64,000 nt of DNA from positions 124,062,001-124,126,000 of the forward strand of contig JBNRSN020000005.1 of NCBI GenBank assembly GCA_051313645.2. The letters are read 5' to 3'. Positions 50,194-60,739 of the stretch are shown here, one piece after another. Positions within the stretch are counted from its first letter, which is position 1. The number at the start of each line of letters is the position of its first letter. The notes beneath the pieces are model-generated. The model was not told the DNA's origin. It searched no databases and saw nothing but the letters and a program-made list of their open reading frames with translations. The translations under genes were made by a program, and so were the position numbers. The stretch comes from Centroscyllium fabricii (Eukaryota).

Positions 50194-52540
50194 TTATCCG
50201 GCAGTCGCGTCTGTCTGGAGGACCACCGGGTCTCTGTCAGCAGTTCTGGTGCCTGCGGTGTCGGCGGCGCTAGTGTCGGTGGTGGCGTGCCTGCGGATGG
50301 TTGTCTGATTCCTGGTCCTCAGCTGGCAATGGCGGGGGCTGCGATGCGTATGGTAGTAGCGGCCACCTCCGGTGGGTTGTGGGCGAGGTACCGGCCAGTG
50401 GTCGAGATGTAGTGGTTGGAGGTGGTCAAAATGTAGTGGCTGGACGAGCTGGGGCCCGACCAAGGGTTCTGCTGTGGTGCTCCCGGCGGGCGCTAGGTCC
50501 CTGATGGAGACGGTGTCCTCGCCATCGTCCGGGAACTGCACGTACGTGGACTGCGGGTTGGCGTGCAGCAGCTGCACCTTGTCTACAAGTGGGTCGGTCT
50601 TATGGCCGCGGACATGCTTTCTAAGCAAGACCGGCCCCGGCATCGTGAGCCATGGTGGCAGGGCTGTCCCCGAAGTCGACTTCCTGGGGAAGGAAAAGAG
50701 TAAATCGTGAGGTGTGGCGTTGGTGGCCATACACAGTAGAGAGCGGATCGAGTGCAGCGCGTCTGGGAGGACTGCCTGCCAACAGGACACTGGAAGGCCT
50801 CTGGACTTCAGAGCCAGGCTGACCGCCTTCCAGATGATCCCGTTCTCCCTTTCTACCTGGCCGTTCCCCCGGGGGTTGTAACTGGTCGTTCTGCTCGAGG
50901 CAACCCCTTTCTGGAGCAGAAACTGACGCCGTTCGTCGCTCATGAACGCCGACCCCCGGTCGCTATGGATGTAGCTGGGGAGACCGAAAATGGCGAACAG
51001 CATGGTGAAGTGTTTGATCACCGTTGCGCTCGTCATATCTGAGCAGGGGAAGGCGAAGGGGATGCGGGAGAACTCATCTACTACCGTGAGGAAGTACGAG
51101 TTGCGGTCGGTGGAAGGGAGGGGACGTTTGAAGTCCACGCTTAGACATTCAAAGGGGCGGGTGGCCTTAATGAGGTGCGCCGTGTCTGGCCTGAAAAATT
51201 GGGGTTTGCACTCGGCGCAAACAGGGCACTCTCGGGCCACAGCCTTGATCTCCGTGATGGAGTAGGGGAGGCTATGGGATTTTACAAAATGGGCAAGTCT
51301 GGTGACACCCGGGTGGCAGAGGCGATCGTGAAGTTCCTTCAGCCAGTCTAGCTGGGCACTGGCGCATGTTCCCCTGGACAGTGCGTCCGGGGGTTCATTG
51401 AGTTTGCCTGGTCGGTAAAGAATGTCGTACTTGTAAGTCGAGAGCTCGATCCGCCACCGCAGGATCTTATCATTCTTGATTTTACCCTTTTGTTTATTAT
51501 TAAACATAAACGCGACCGACCGTTGGTCGGTGAGCAGGGTAAAACGCTTACCGGCCAGGTAATGACGCCAGTAGCGCACGGCCTCCACGATGGCCTGGGC
51601 CTCCTTTTCCACTGCAGAGTGGTGAGTTTCGGGTCCCTGTAGGGTGCGGGAGAAGAACGCTACGGGCCTGCCTGCCTGATTCAGGGTGGCGGCAAGGGCA
51701 AAGTCCGAAGCGTCACTCTCCACCTGGAAAGGGATGGATTCATCAACAGCGTGCATGGTCGCCTTGATAATATCTTCCTTGATCCAGGCGAATGCCGTTT
51801 GGGCTTCTACCGAGAGGGGGAAGACGGCAGCCTTAAGGAGCGGTCTGGCCTTATCCGCAAACTGGGGAACCCATTGCGCGTAATAGGAGAAAAATCCCAG
51901 ACATCTCTTCAGGCCTTTGGGGTTGTGAGGAAGGGGCAGTTCCTGCAAGGGGCGCATACGCTGTGGGTCGGGGCCGAGGACCCCGTTTTCCACAACGTAT
52001 CCGAGGATGGTGAGCCGATCTGTACTAAAGACGCACTTGTCTTTATTGTATGTGAGATCAAGCCGTTTCGCCGTGTCGAGGAATTTGGCCAGGTTGGCAT
52101 CATGGTCCTGCTGGTTTTGGCCGCAGATGGTCACATTGTCCAGGTAGGGGAAAGTGGCCTGCAACCCGTTCTGGTCAACCATGCGGTCCATCTCCCTCTG
52201 GAATACCGACACTCCGTTGGTCACGCCGAAGGGGACCCGGAGGAAGTGGTAGAGCCGACCGTTCGCCTCGAAGGCGGTGTACGGGCGGTCGGCTTTCCGG
52301 ATCGGGAGTTGGTGATACGCCGACTTAAAGTCGATTGTGGAGAACACCTTGTACTGGGCGATCTGGTTAACCATTTCCGAGATGCGGGGGAGGGGGTAGG
52401 CGTCGAGCCCGGTGTAGCGGTTAATGGTCTGGCTGTAGTCGATCACCATCCGCTGTTTTTCGCCAGTCTTAACCACTACGACCTGGGCCCACCAGGGGCT
52501 GGTGCTGGCTTCAATTATCCCCTCCTTCAGCATACCTCCG
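50194..52540 (-). pseudogene. Gypsy pol: RT-RNase H-integrase
   Basis: RMVIDYS, YPLPRI, FSTIDFKSAYHQ, PFGVTNG, YLDN, ESDASD, EKEAQA, LTDQRS, HDRLCH..CPVC, SDRGSAF, NGQVER; frameshifted relative to the protease. Confidence 0.92.
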
Positions 52541-53100
52541 ACCTGATAAATGTCCGATCCCCTGCACTGTAACGCCAACTCTTGGTAGCAATGGGCTTGC
52601 AGTTGGGGTCGAGGTTGGTGAACAGTGAGGGGGGGTCGACTTTCAGGGTGGAAAGGCCGCAAGTCGGGCTCCGCTTTAGGAAGGGATTGTCCCAGCTACT
52701 GACGGTGAGGGGGGCCAGGGTCCCGCCGAACTCCATTGTCACGCTCTTAAGGTGGCACTGGAAATCCAGTCCCAGTAAGACTGGGGAGCACAACTGCTTG
52801 AGTATGTACAATTTAAAATTACGGTACACGCAGCCCTTAACTGTGAGCGTGACGGAGCAGTAGCCGGTGACGTCCGCGGTGTGGGACTGTGAAGCAAGGG
52901 AGACTTGGTAGCGCGTGGGCAGGATCTGCAGTCCGTAGCGTTGCACTGTATCGGGGTGGATGAAGCTCTCTGTGCTTCCGGTGTCGAACAGGCAGTTAGT
53001 GGCATGGCCGTTGACTTTAATCCCCATCATGGAATTTGATAGGGTGTGCGGCCTAGCCTGATCGACTTTCAGGGTGGCTGAGGCCGAAGTGTGTGTGTTT
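52527..53100 (-). pseudogene. Gypsy aspartic protease region
   Basis: NCLFDTGSTESFI...VLLGLDF, then PIATKSWRYS; frameshift at about 52535. Confidence 0.9.
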
Positions 53101-53119
53101 GTGTGGGAGCCCTCCGTTG

Positions 53120-53445
53120 GCCTGGGCCGTGCACAAGATGGCGGCGCCCGTGGTTCGCACATGGCTGGTCGCTGAAGACAAGATGGCGGCGCCGTGGGGT
53201 CGCACATGGCTGGCCGCTGAAGACAAGATGGCGGCGGCGGGGAGTCGCACATGGCCGGCCGCTGAAGACAAGATGGCGGCGCCGGGGTTCGCACGCGGCG
53301 GGTCGCTGTGGACGCAGTGGCAGTGCCCGTGGTTCGCACGCAGCGAGCCGCGGTGGCTGGGTTGGCGGTGCCCGTGATTCGCACGCAGCGAGCCGCGGTG
53401 GCTGGGTTGGTGGTGCCCGTGATTCGCACGCAGCGGGCCGCGCTG
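53120..53445 (-). repeat. 45-bp tandem repeat (about 7 units) in the gag-protease linker
   Basis: Units encode AACESRAPPTQPPRL or AMCDPTAPPSCLQRP; CAAGATGGCGGC at 53134, 53179, 53224 and 53269. Confidence 0.9.
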
Positions 53446-53639
53446 GCGGTCGTGGCTGAGTTTGGCGTGCCATGGGCATCAGGGTGGGGGACGGGGGCGC
53501 TTGTACTCTACCCCCGGACCGTCGCTGTATCGCGCTGCAGCTGCAGCTTACCTGAGGCCAAGGGCCAGTGTTGGAGCTTTCGCAGGCCGCACTGTTGTAC
53601 CTGGAGCTGGACGCCGGGGCCGATTTGCAGGCCTTTGTC

Positions 53640-54365
53640 ATAGTGTCCCTTTTTCGAGCACCTCTCGCAGGTCGCGGTCCTGGCGGGGCATCTCGCCCGT
53701 GGGTGTAGTCCCTGGCCGCAGAAGTAACATCTCTTCTCCGCCGGCGTCTTCGCAGCTGCCGCTGCCATTGTGGGGGTCTCGACCCGTTGTGGGGTCGTCC
53801 AGGAGTCGAAGGTAACGTGTGGGTTTGGGCCGCCGTATGCCTGTAGCTTGCGGCATGCGCCCTCCACGGCGTTGGAGACGGAGATCGCCTCGTCTAGTGT
53901 TAATGTGTCCTGTTCCAGCAGCCGCTGGCGGGCCTCTGTGGACTTGAGTCCCGATACATAGGCGTCCCGGACGAGGAGGTTCACCTCCTCTTGTGCCGTC
54001 CGTGGTTGGCAGTCACAGGCCCGGACAAGGGCTTGGAGCGCCAACAGGAACTGTTCATTAGACTCACTTGATAGTTGTGGTCTGGTCGCGAGCACATGTC
54101 TGGCGTAGACAGAGTGGACCGGGCGCTCGTAGCATTTCTTCAGTTTCGCCACGGCTTCAGCGTACGTCGTAGCATCACGGATGAAGGAGAAAACCCGGCT
54201 GGAGATCCTGGACCTGAGAACATGTAGCTTGTTCCCGTCGGTTGTAGCCTTGGCGGCGTCCATGTAGGCCTCGACGAGGCCGAACCAGTGTTCGAAGGTG
54301 TTGGCGGCGGCTGGGTCCTGTGGACTAATGTCCAGCTTTTCGGGTTTCACGGCGCCGCTCTCCAT
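53640..54365 (-). pseudogene. Gypsy gag with two Cys/His knuckles
   Basis: MESGAVKPEKLDISP...RDAYVSGL...CYFCGQGLHPRARC...CERCSKKGHY; frameshift in the second knuckle (continues as KACKS in another frame). Confidence 0.9.
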
Positions 54366-54390
54366 TTCAAAATTTTTAAGCTAATAAAAT

Positions 54391-54691
54391 TGACGTATCG
54401 TCAATAGTCTAATAAAACTAAAGACGCGTAGTTACCTTAACTAAAGGCTTTTATTAACTTACAAAGGAGCTATGCTCCGATCGAACATCAGGTACAGAAT
54501 GAATGGGGGCAGGTCGGACCCCACCTATAAGGCACTCACCTGAGGGGAGGAGTTAGAGGTGTGGCTGACCTGACCCCGCGACAGTGTCGAAATACAGAAC
54601 AGTTGTATCATGCACCCAGCCGCTATACATACAGTGTAATATTGGTAACAATATTAAGGTGGTAATAAGAGTACATATAACGATTACCACA
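54391..54691 (-). repeat. 5' LTR
   Basis: Direct repeat of 49831-50131; gag ATG lies only 25 nt downstream. Confidence 0.97.
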
Positions 54692-55179
54692 GATGGTCAT
54701 TGCCTCACACTTGTGCGGCACGAATGTTACGTGCCACTTACCAGCCCAAGCCTGAATGTCGTCCAGGTCTGGTTGCACGCGGCCATGGACTACTTCATTA
54801 TCTGAGGGGTTGCGAATGGAACTGAATACTTTGCAATCATCAGCGAACATCCCTACTTCTGATCTTCTGATCTGACTGTTCATCCTTTCAGTCATAGAAT
54901 GAATGGTATGTGGTCAGAGAAGACCTAAGAATAAACATAAGATTAATTTTTTAAATGGTTGAAGTATGAGAATGTTTTTTTTGCTATCAGAATCCCTGAA
55001 GAAAACCGTTGCAAGCTTCTAATAGAAGCATTTTCACACCTCATGATCATGTCGAGAAGTAGTATTCACAGTGGAAGTGAAAGTCAAACCTAGCAATTCA
55101 ATCTAGGCCATCTGATTAGGAGCCCAAAGGAGTAGAGACAAAGGTAATTGAATTACCTGATCCTTACAATGGATTAATT

Positions 55180-56232
55180 GTGTCAGTTTTGGCTCAGTTG
55201 GCAGTACCCATGCCTCTGAGGTTGTGGGTTCAAACCCCACTCCAGAACTTGTCAGCCATGGTTCAATGGCAGCACTCTTGCCTCTGAGTCAGTAGGTTGT
55301 GGGTTCAAGTCTCACTGCAGAGACTTGAGCGCAACATCTATTTTGACACTCTAGTGTACATAAGAACATAAGAAATAGGAGCAGGAGTAGGCCAATCGGC
55401 CCCTCGAGCCTGCTCCGCCATTCAACAAGATCATGGCTGATCTGATCCCAACCTCAATTTTATTTTAACTTTCCATCCCACCCAAACACATGTGATCACC
55501 CGGGAGAGGCGAAAAACCAGATAAAAAACCCAGTAGCCAATTTGGGAGAAAAAATCTGGGAAATTCCTCTCTGACCCATCTAAGCGATCGAAAACTAGTC
55601 CAGGAGATCACATGGCCGATCTGAACTTATCCTCATGTCCACTTGCCTGCCCGCTCACCATAACCCTTAATTCCCTTTTCTTCCAGGAAACTGCCTATCT
55701 CTGTTTTAAATTTATTCAAAGTAGTAGCTTCCACAGCTCTCTGGGGCAGCAAATTCCACAGCCCCACCACCCTCTGGCTGAAGAAATTCCTCCTCATCTC
55801 TGTCCTAAATGAGTCACCCCTTATCCTTAGACTATGACCCCTGGTTCTGGACTCTCCTACCATCGGGAATTGTAGTACTGAGGGAGTGCTGCACTGTCAG
55901 AGGTGCCGCCTTCTGGATGAAACATTAAACTGAGGCCTCATCTGCCCTCTCAGGTGGAGATTAAAGATCTCATGGCACTCTTGATTAAGAGCAGGGGAGT
56001 TATCCCCAGTGTCCTGGCCAATATTTATTCCTCAACCAACATCACTAAAACAGATGATCTGGTCATCGTCACATTGCTGTTGGCCAGACCTTGCTGTGTG
56101 CAATTTGGCTGCTGCATTTCCTACATCACTAAAACAGTGACTACACTTCAAAAGTATTTCATTGGCCGTAAAGCACGTTAGGACAATGTGATGTCGTGAA
56201 AGGTGCTAGACAAATGCAAATTCTTTCTTCTT
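55180..56232 (+). mobile_element. Deu-domain tRNA SINE (SacSINE1-like) with a duplicated head, split by a CR1 insertion
   Basis: Two tRNA-like heads (B boxes GGTTCAAACCC and GGTTCAAGTCT); Deu-like core GTGCTGCACTGTCAGAGGTGCC...CTCAGGTGGA..AAAGATCTCATGGCACT..GTGTCCTGGCCAA; typical tail. Confidence 0.8.
55359..55869 (-). mobile_element. CR1 LINE 3' end nested in the SINE
   Basis: MVGESRTRGHSLRIRGDSFRTEMRRNFFSQRVVGLWNLLP; tail reads (CATAAGAA)2 ATAGGAGCAGGAGTAGGCC on the plus strand. Confidence 0.88.
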
Positions 56233-56850
56233 GTGCACATAATCTAGTCTAGCGTGACACTTAAGTGCTGTACGGAAGGAATCTATCAGATGCAATGTTA
56301 AACTGTCTGCCTGTTCAAGTGTATGTAAAAAGAGCAGGAAGTTTCTTGTGTCCTGGCCAACCTTCCTCCCTCAACCAACACCATCAAAAACATTAAAGCA
56401 GATGTTGGCAATCTGAAATAAAAACAGAAAATGCTAGAAACACTCAGTAGATTAGACAGCAGCTGTGGTGAGAGAAACAGAGTTAACATTTCAGGTCGCT
56501 GACCTTTCATCAGAACTGGAAGATGTTAGAGATGAAGAGCTTTTAAGCAAAGGGAGGCAGCAGGGAAAGAACTAAAGGGGAATGTCTGTGAAGGGAAACA
56601 GAAAGTCATGAAGGTGAACAGGGTAAAAGAGATCATTAGAAAAACTCCAGCATTTTCTGTTTTTATTTTATAATTAGAAAAACTAATTGGTCATTTATCT
56701 CATTTGCTGTTTTTGGGGTCTTGGTGTGAGAAATTGGCTATTGTGTTTACAAACATAATAGTGACTGAACTTAAAAATTATTTCATTGGTTTTGAAGTAC
56801 ATTGAGATGTTCTGAGGATGTGATAAGTAGCTATATAAATGCAAGTTCTT
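56233..56850 (+). mobile_element. Older Deu-SINE interrupted by Penelope pseudo-LTR fragments (about 56395-56668)
   Basis: Degenerate Deu core (GTGTCCTGGCCAACCTTCCTCCCTCAACCAACA) and tail flank a minus-strand Penelope pLTR piece. Confidence 0.6.
56480..56518 (-). ncRNA. Minimal Penelope-type hammerhead ribozyme motif (probably decayed)
   Basis: Minus strand AGTT-CTGATGA-A-AGGTC-AGC-GACCT-GAAA-TGTT-AACT: intact CUGAUGA and GAAA core, 5-bp stem II, stem I AGUU/AACU. Confidence 0.65.
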
Positions 56851-56931
56851 GAATTGTACCTGATGAGGTATATTCCTGAGGGTGGGGCAGGTAAGCACCT
56901 GAACTGCGCAATCAAATATACCACACTACTA

Positions 56932-58184
56932 CAGAAAATGCTGGAAAAACTCAGCAGGCCAGGCAACATCCGTAGAGAGAAATAAGGAGTTGACGTTTCA
57001 GGTTCAGACCCTTTGTCAAGACTAAAGCCAGGAAATGAAACAGGTAGGAAGGCAGGGGGCTGGGACAGAACAGAAAACAAAAGAGAAGAGAGAACAAAGT
57101 ACCTGCATGGGTCCTGGCTATGTCTGCCTTTTCGTGGGATATGTGGAACACTCTTTGTTCCAGTCCTACTCGGGTCCCCTCCCTCACCTCTTTTTCCGAT
57201 ACATTGATGACTGTATCGGTGCTGTTTCCTGCTCTCGCCTTGAACTAGACAATGTCATTCACTTTGCCTCCAACTTCCACCCTTCCCTCACCTTCACACG
57301 GTCTATCTCCGACTCTCCCCTTCCCTTCCTCGACTTCTGTCTCCATCTCTGGGGATAGGCTTTTGACCAACATTCACTACAAGCCCACTGACTCCCACAG
57401 CTATCTGGACTACACTTCCTCCCACCCCGCCTCCTGTAAGGACTCTATTCCATTCACCCAGTTTCTCTGTCTCCGCCGCATCTGCTCCGATGATGCCACC
57501 TTCCACACCAGTGCTTCCAATATGTCTTCCTTTTTCCTCAACCAAGGATTCCCCTCTACCGTGGTTGACATAGCCCTCGACCGGGTCCGTTCTATCTCCC
57601 GTACCTCTGCCCTCACCCCTGCCCCTCCCTCCCACAACCATGATAGGGTTCCCCTTGTCCTCACCTTTCACCCCACCAGCCTCCAGATACAACGGATCAC
57701 CCTCCGCCATTTCCGCCACCTCCAATGTGATCCCACTACCAAATGCATCTTGCCCTTCCCTCCCCTTTCAGCATTCCATAGGGACCGTTCCCTCCGAGAC
57801 ACCCTAGTCCACTCCTCCATCACCCCTAGCACCCCTTCCCCTTTGCCCAGCACCTTTCCGTGCAAGCACAGGAGATGCAACACCTGCATTCTGCCGGTGC
57901 TTTTCACACCTAATCTACAGCTGTCTCCTGTCCACAGCCCCATCAGCAGTGAATGCCTCTTAACGTCGTTTCTCTTTGTTCTCTCTTCTCTTTTGTTTTC
58001 TGTTCCCTCCCAGCCCCCGGCCTTCCTACCTGTTTCATTTCCTGGCTTTAGTCTTGACAAAGGGTCTGAACCTGAAACATCGACTCTATATTTCTCTCCA
58101 CGGATGTTGCCTGGCCTGCTGAGTTTTTCCAGCATTTTCTGTTGTTATTTCGGATTTCCAGCATCTGCAATATTTTGCTATCAC
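56932..58184 (+). mobile_element. Penelope-like element: inverted pLTR, truncated RT, pLTR
   Basis: RT motifs FFRYIDD, LPFLD, YKPTDSHSYL, LRRICS; 56931-57099 is the reverse complement of 57974-58142; flanked by the direct repeat ACCACACTACTA (56920-56931, 58185-58196). Confidence 0.9.
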
Positions 58185-58684
58185 ACCACACTACTATTTG
58201 TTTTCTTTCCCTACCCCTCCCTGAATGCACTGATTCATTCTGGAATATGTACCACGGGGGAGAATGAGAGAGTTGTCCCTCGGCCACTCTCATACCTCCT
58301 AATACTTGGTCCGGAGCAACGTTGGTGAAGCCTGGAGGATAATGTTAGCTGCTTGCTCTTTTGGCTACCATGTATTGGCCAGGTTGACCACAGAGGACTT
58401 GGGAGAATTTAGACGGATTTTTGTAATCTTAAAATAATGCAAAAAATATAGTACTTCAAACCTTAATCCTGGCCGCAATAGTACAGGGAAAAAAATTCAT
58501 TGAATTTCTATCTAGCTTTACCTCTGCTTCTGGTATATCTGAACAAAATAAATAAAATAAAATAAGGTGTTAGGTCAACCACTGCTCTATTACCAACAAT
58601 CAGGCGCAGGGAAAAATGAAAAAAAAATTGCCCAATTATTGCCAAAAAAGACACGTGTCTTTTAAAGCAAAGGAAAATAAAAAA

Positions 58685-58845
58685 GTTAAAGCAAAATACT
58701 GTAGATGCTGGAAATCTAAAATAAAATAACAGACAAGTGGAGAGAACAGACAGGTTGATGTTTCAGTGTTGTTCTGAAGAAGTGTTTGCAGGAGAAACTT
58801 GCTGACTGACCTTTGAGTTTCCAGCAATTACTGTTTTTGTTTCAA
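58685..58845. mobile_element. Degraded inverted Penelope pLTR fragments
   Basis: GCAAAATACTGTAGATGCTGGAAATCT (pLTR end, minus) and GAGTTTCCAGCAATTACTGTTTTTG (plus). Confidence 0.55.
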
Positions 58846-60739
58846 AAGAAAATTGTTTGCCTCTTACTAGGGAGCTAAGCAAGTTGGAACCAGAATGTCG
58901 GTGTGGAGTACTCTGAAATGGAGCCCTGCAGACATTCGAGAAAGCTCATATTACAATCAGAGTGTTAGTTAACCTTAAGCCAGAAAGAAATGTTTCAAAG
59001 CTTGTTGGTTAAGCTAATAGTTAAGGAGAAAACAATATAAATTGTGAGTCCTTCTTATTGGTGATTGACAGCAATACCCGATAGCATGGAGCGCCCAAGA
59101 CAAACAGGTGAAGAGGATTGCGATGAGCTGAATACAGTGCAGAGAGAGGGAGCACAGCATGGAAATAGGGTGAAAACTGTATTGATGGGACTGAGCCTGT
59201 GGGGCCCTGAATGTGAGGATAGGATATTAGGTATTGAGGACAGGGACAGTGCTGCAAAAGTCATTTTCATTAACTGAACAGGATCTGAAAATAGCACACA
59301 GAAGTGGTAGATGGTACCACAGGAGATGCATGCCTTCAAGCAAAGGGAAATAAGGAAAGTCTGCCTCAGTCTATGGAGGTAGACAAGGTGACTGGTGACT
59401 GATACATCAGATTCTGTAGTTGCAACATAGGTCAGTTTGATTGGAGAGACGGAAGATTCACTAGCCTCTTAAGTATAGCCAGATAAAAATATAAATATAG
59501 ACACGTAAATTAATATAGTGATGTCATAGAGTCATGCCTAAAAAGCATACTTTATAAGAATTTAATCAAGTTTAGCTCCATGAAAACACACAATCAAAAT
59601 TACAACCTTTGAGTGAAGTATGCCGCCAACTCTACATTAGGACTCTGTTCTATGGCATTACAAAGGCCCAGGTTCCAGGACAATAGCCTGTGGTGTTTGC
59701 CCTGAAACCTGTCCTAGGTGCACTGCAGAGTGGATTCCACAGATCCAGTACAGGGTAGTAGCAGAAAAGTATAGGTGCAGTTATTTAAAGTCAGGACCAC
59801 GGCTTTCACTTTCTGGCCACAGACCTTCTGCAATGACCAAAGAGGGTCAGTGTAGACCAGCAGTTCTGGCCTGTATGTGTGAGACGATTACTCATCCTGC
59901 CCACAGCCAGAAGCCACAGCGAATTGCGCCTTTGGCAGGAAGCAATTACATTTCCTAGTTACCTATGGCGGAATAAGTGATCACCCTGAGATGGTTCTCC
60001 ACGCCTCCAACGGCAGCAGTAGCGCTATCTCCTTTACATTACAGATACTGTCACTAGAATCAGGGCCCAGTCCATGGTGCTGGAATGTACAGGGTGCAAG
60101 AACATTTTATACGTAAACAAAGATAATAGGTGTTACATGATTCTGTGATGAAGAGGGAGTTTTGGTCACAATTCTCATAAGTAAGTCTAGATATTTTAAT
60201 AACTGTGTAAAAGAAACTGGGAGTCGCTTTAAATTTTTATTACTGCTGATACCAGTATTCAGTTTGAAATACACTAGCTTCTGTGAACAAGATCCACAGC
60301 TTTCATATTCAATTAAAGAGACAGGATAGTCTCCCCGTGTAAACACATTTGATTTGCAAAACCTATTAAAGATAGATGTTGCAGGGAACGGCAGTTCCCT
60401 ACTCTTTGAAATCGATAAAACGTCGAAAGGTCGCAGAGCAAACTTTAACAGATCTTTATTCGTTTCAATCCAAACACGACTGACTTACAAAAGGCGCAAA
60501 AACGCAAAGCATTTGACTGACAGCCCGCAGGACCAATCAGGGACCGGAACTGTTGATCCAACTACCCAATGGGGAAACAGGGGCGGGACCAACTCTGGAA
60601 TGTGGATTCTAACATCCTGGGGAGACCGGAGTGTCTCCCCCTAGTGGCTATGCTACAATGTAGTTCAATTGAGAACTATTTGGCACAATGACTTGCTTTG
60701 TTCTGCAATTAGTCCATTCAGTATAAAAAGTCTTTATCA

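Larger units (their letters stand above)
49831..54691 (-). mobile_element. Full-length Ty3/Gypsy LTR retrotransposon (4861 bp), recent but frameshifted
   Basis: Two 301-bp LTRs with 5 differences, TG..CA ends, 5-bp TSD GATGG, PPT AAAGAAGGGGTGAA next to the 3' LTR, gag-PR-RT-RH-IN order. Confidence 0.97.
48915..54872 (-). mobile_element. CR1-group LINE 3' portion split by a hAT MITE and a Gypsy element
   Basis: RT segment VGMFADDCKVF...KCEAMTI (right of the Gypsy) continues in frame across the TSD into SNKRESNYLPLTF (left of it), then LDTIQDKAARLIG...HSLHHWR and the 3'UTR. Confidence 0.85.

Noticed and set aside
51751-52572. 273-aa plus-strand ORF
   Set aside because: Antisense shadow of the Gypsy RT frame
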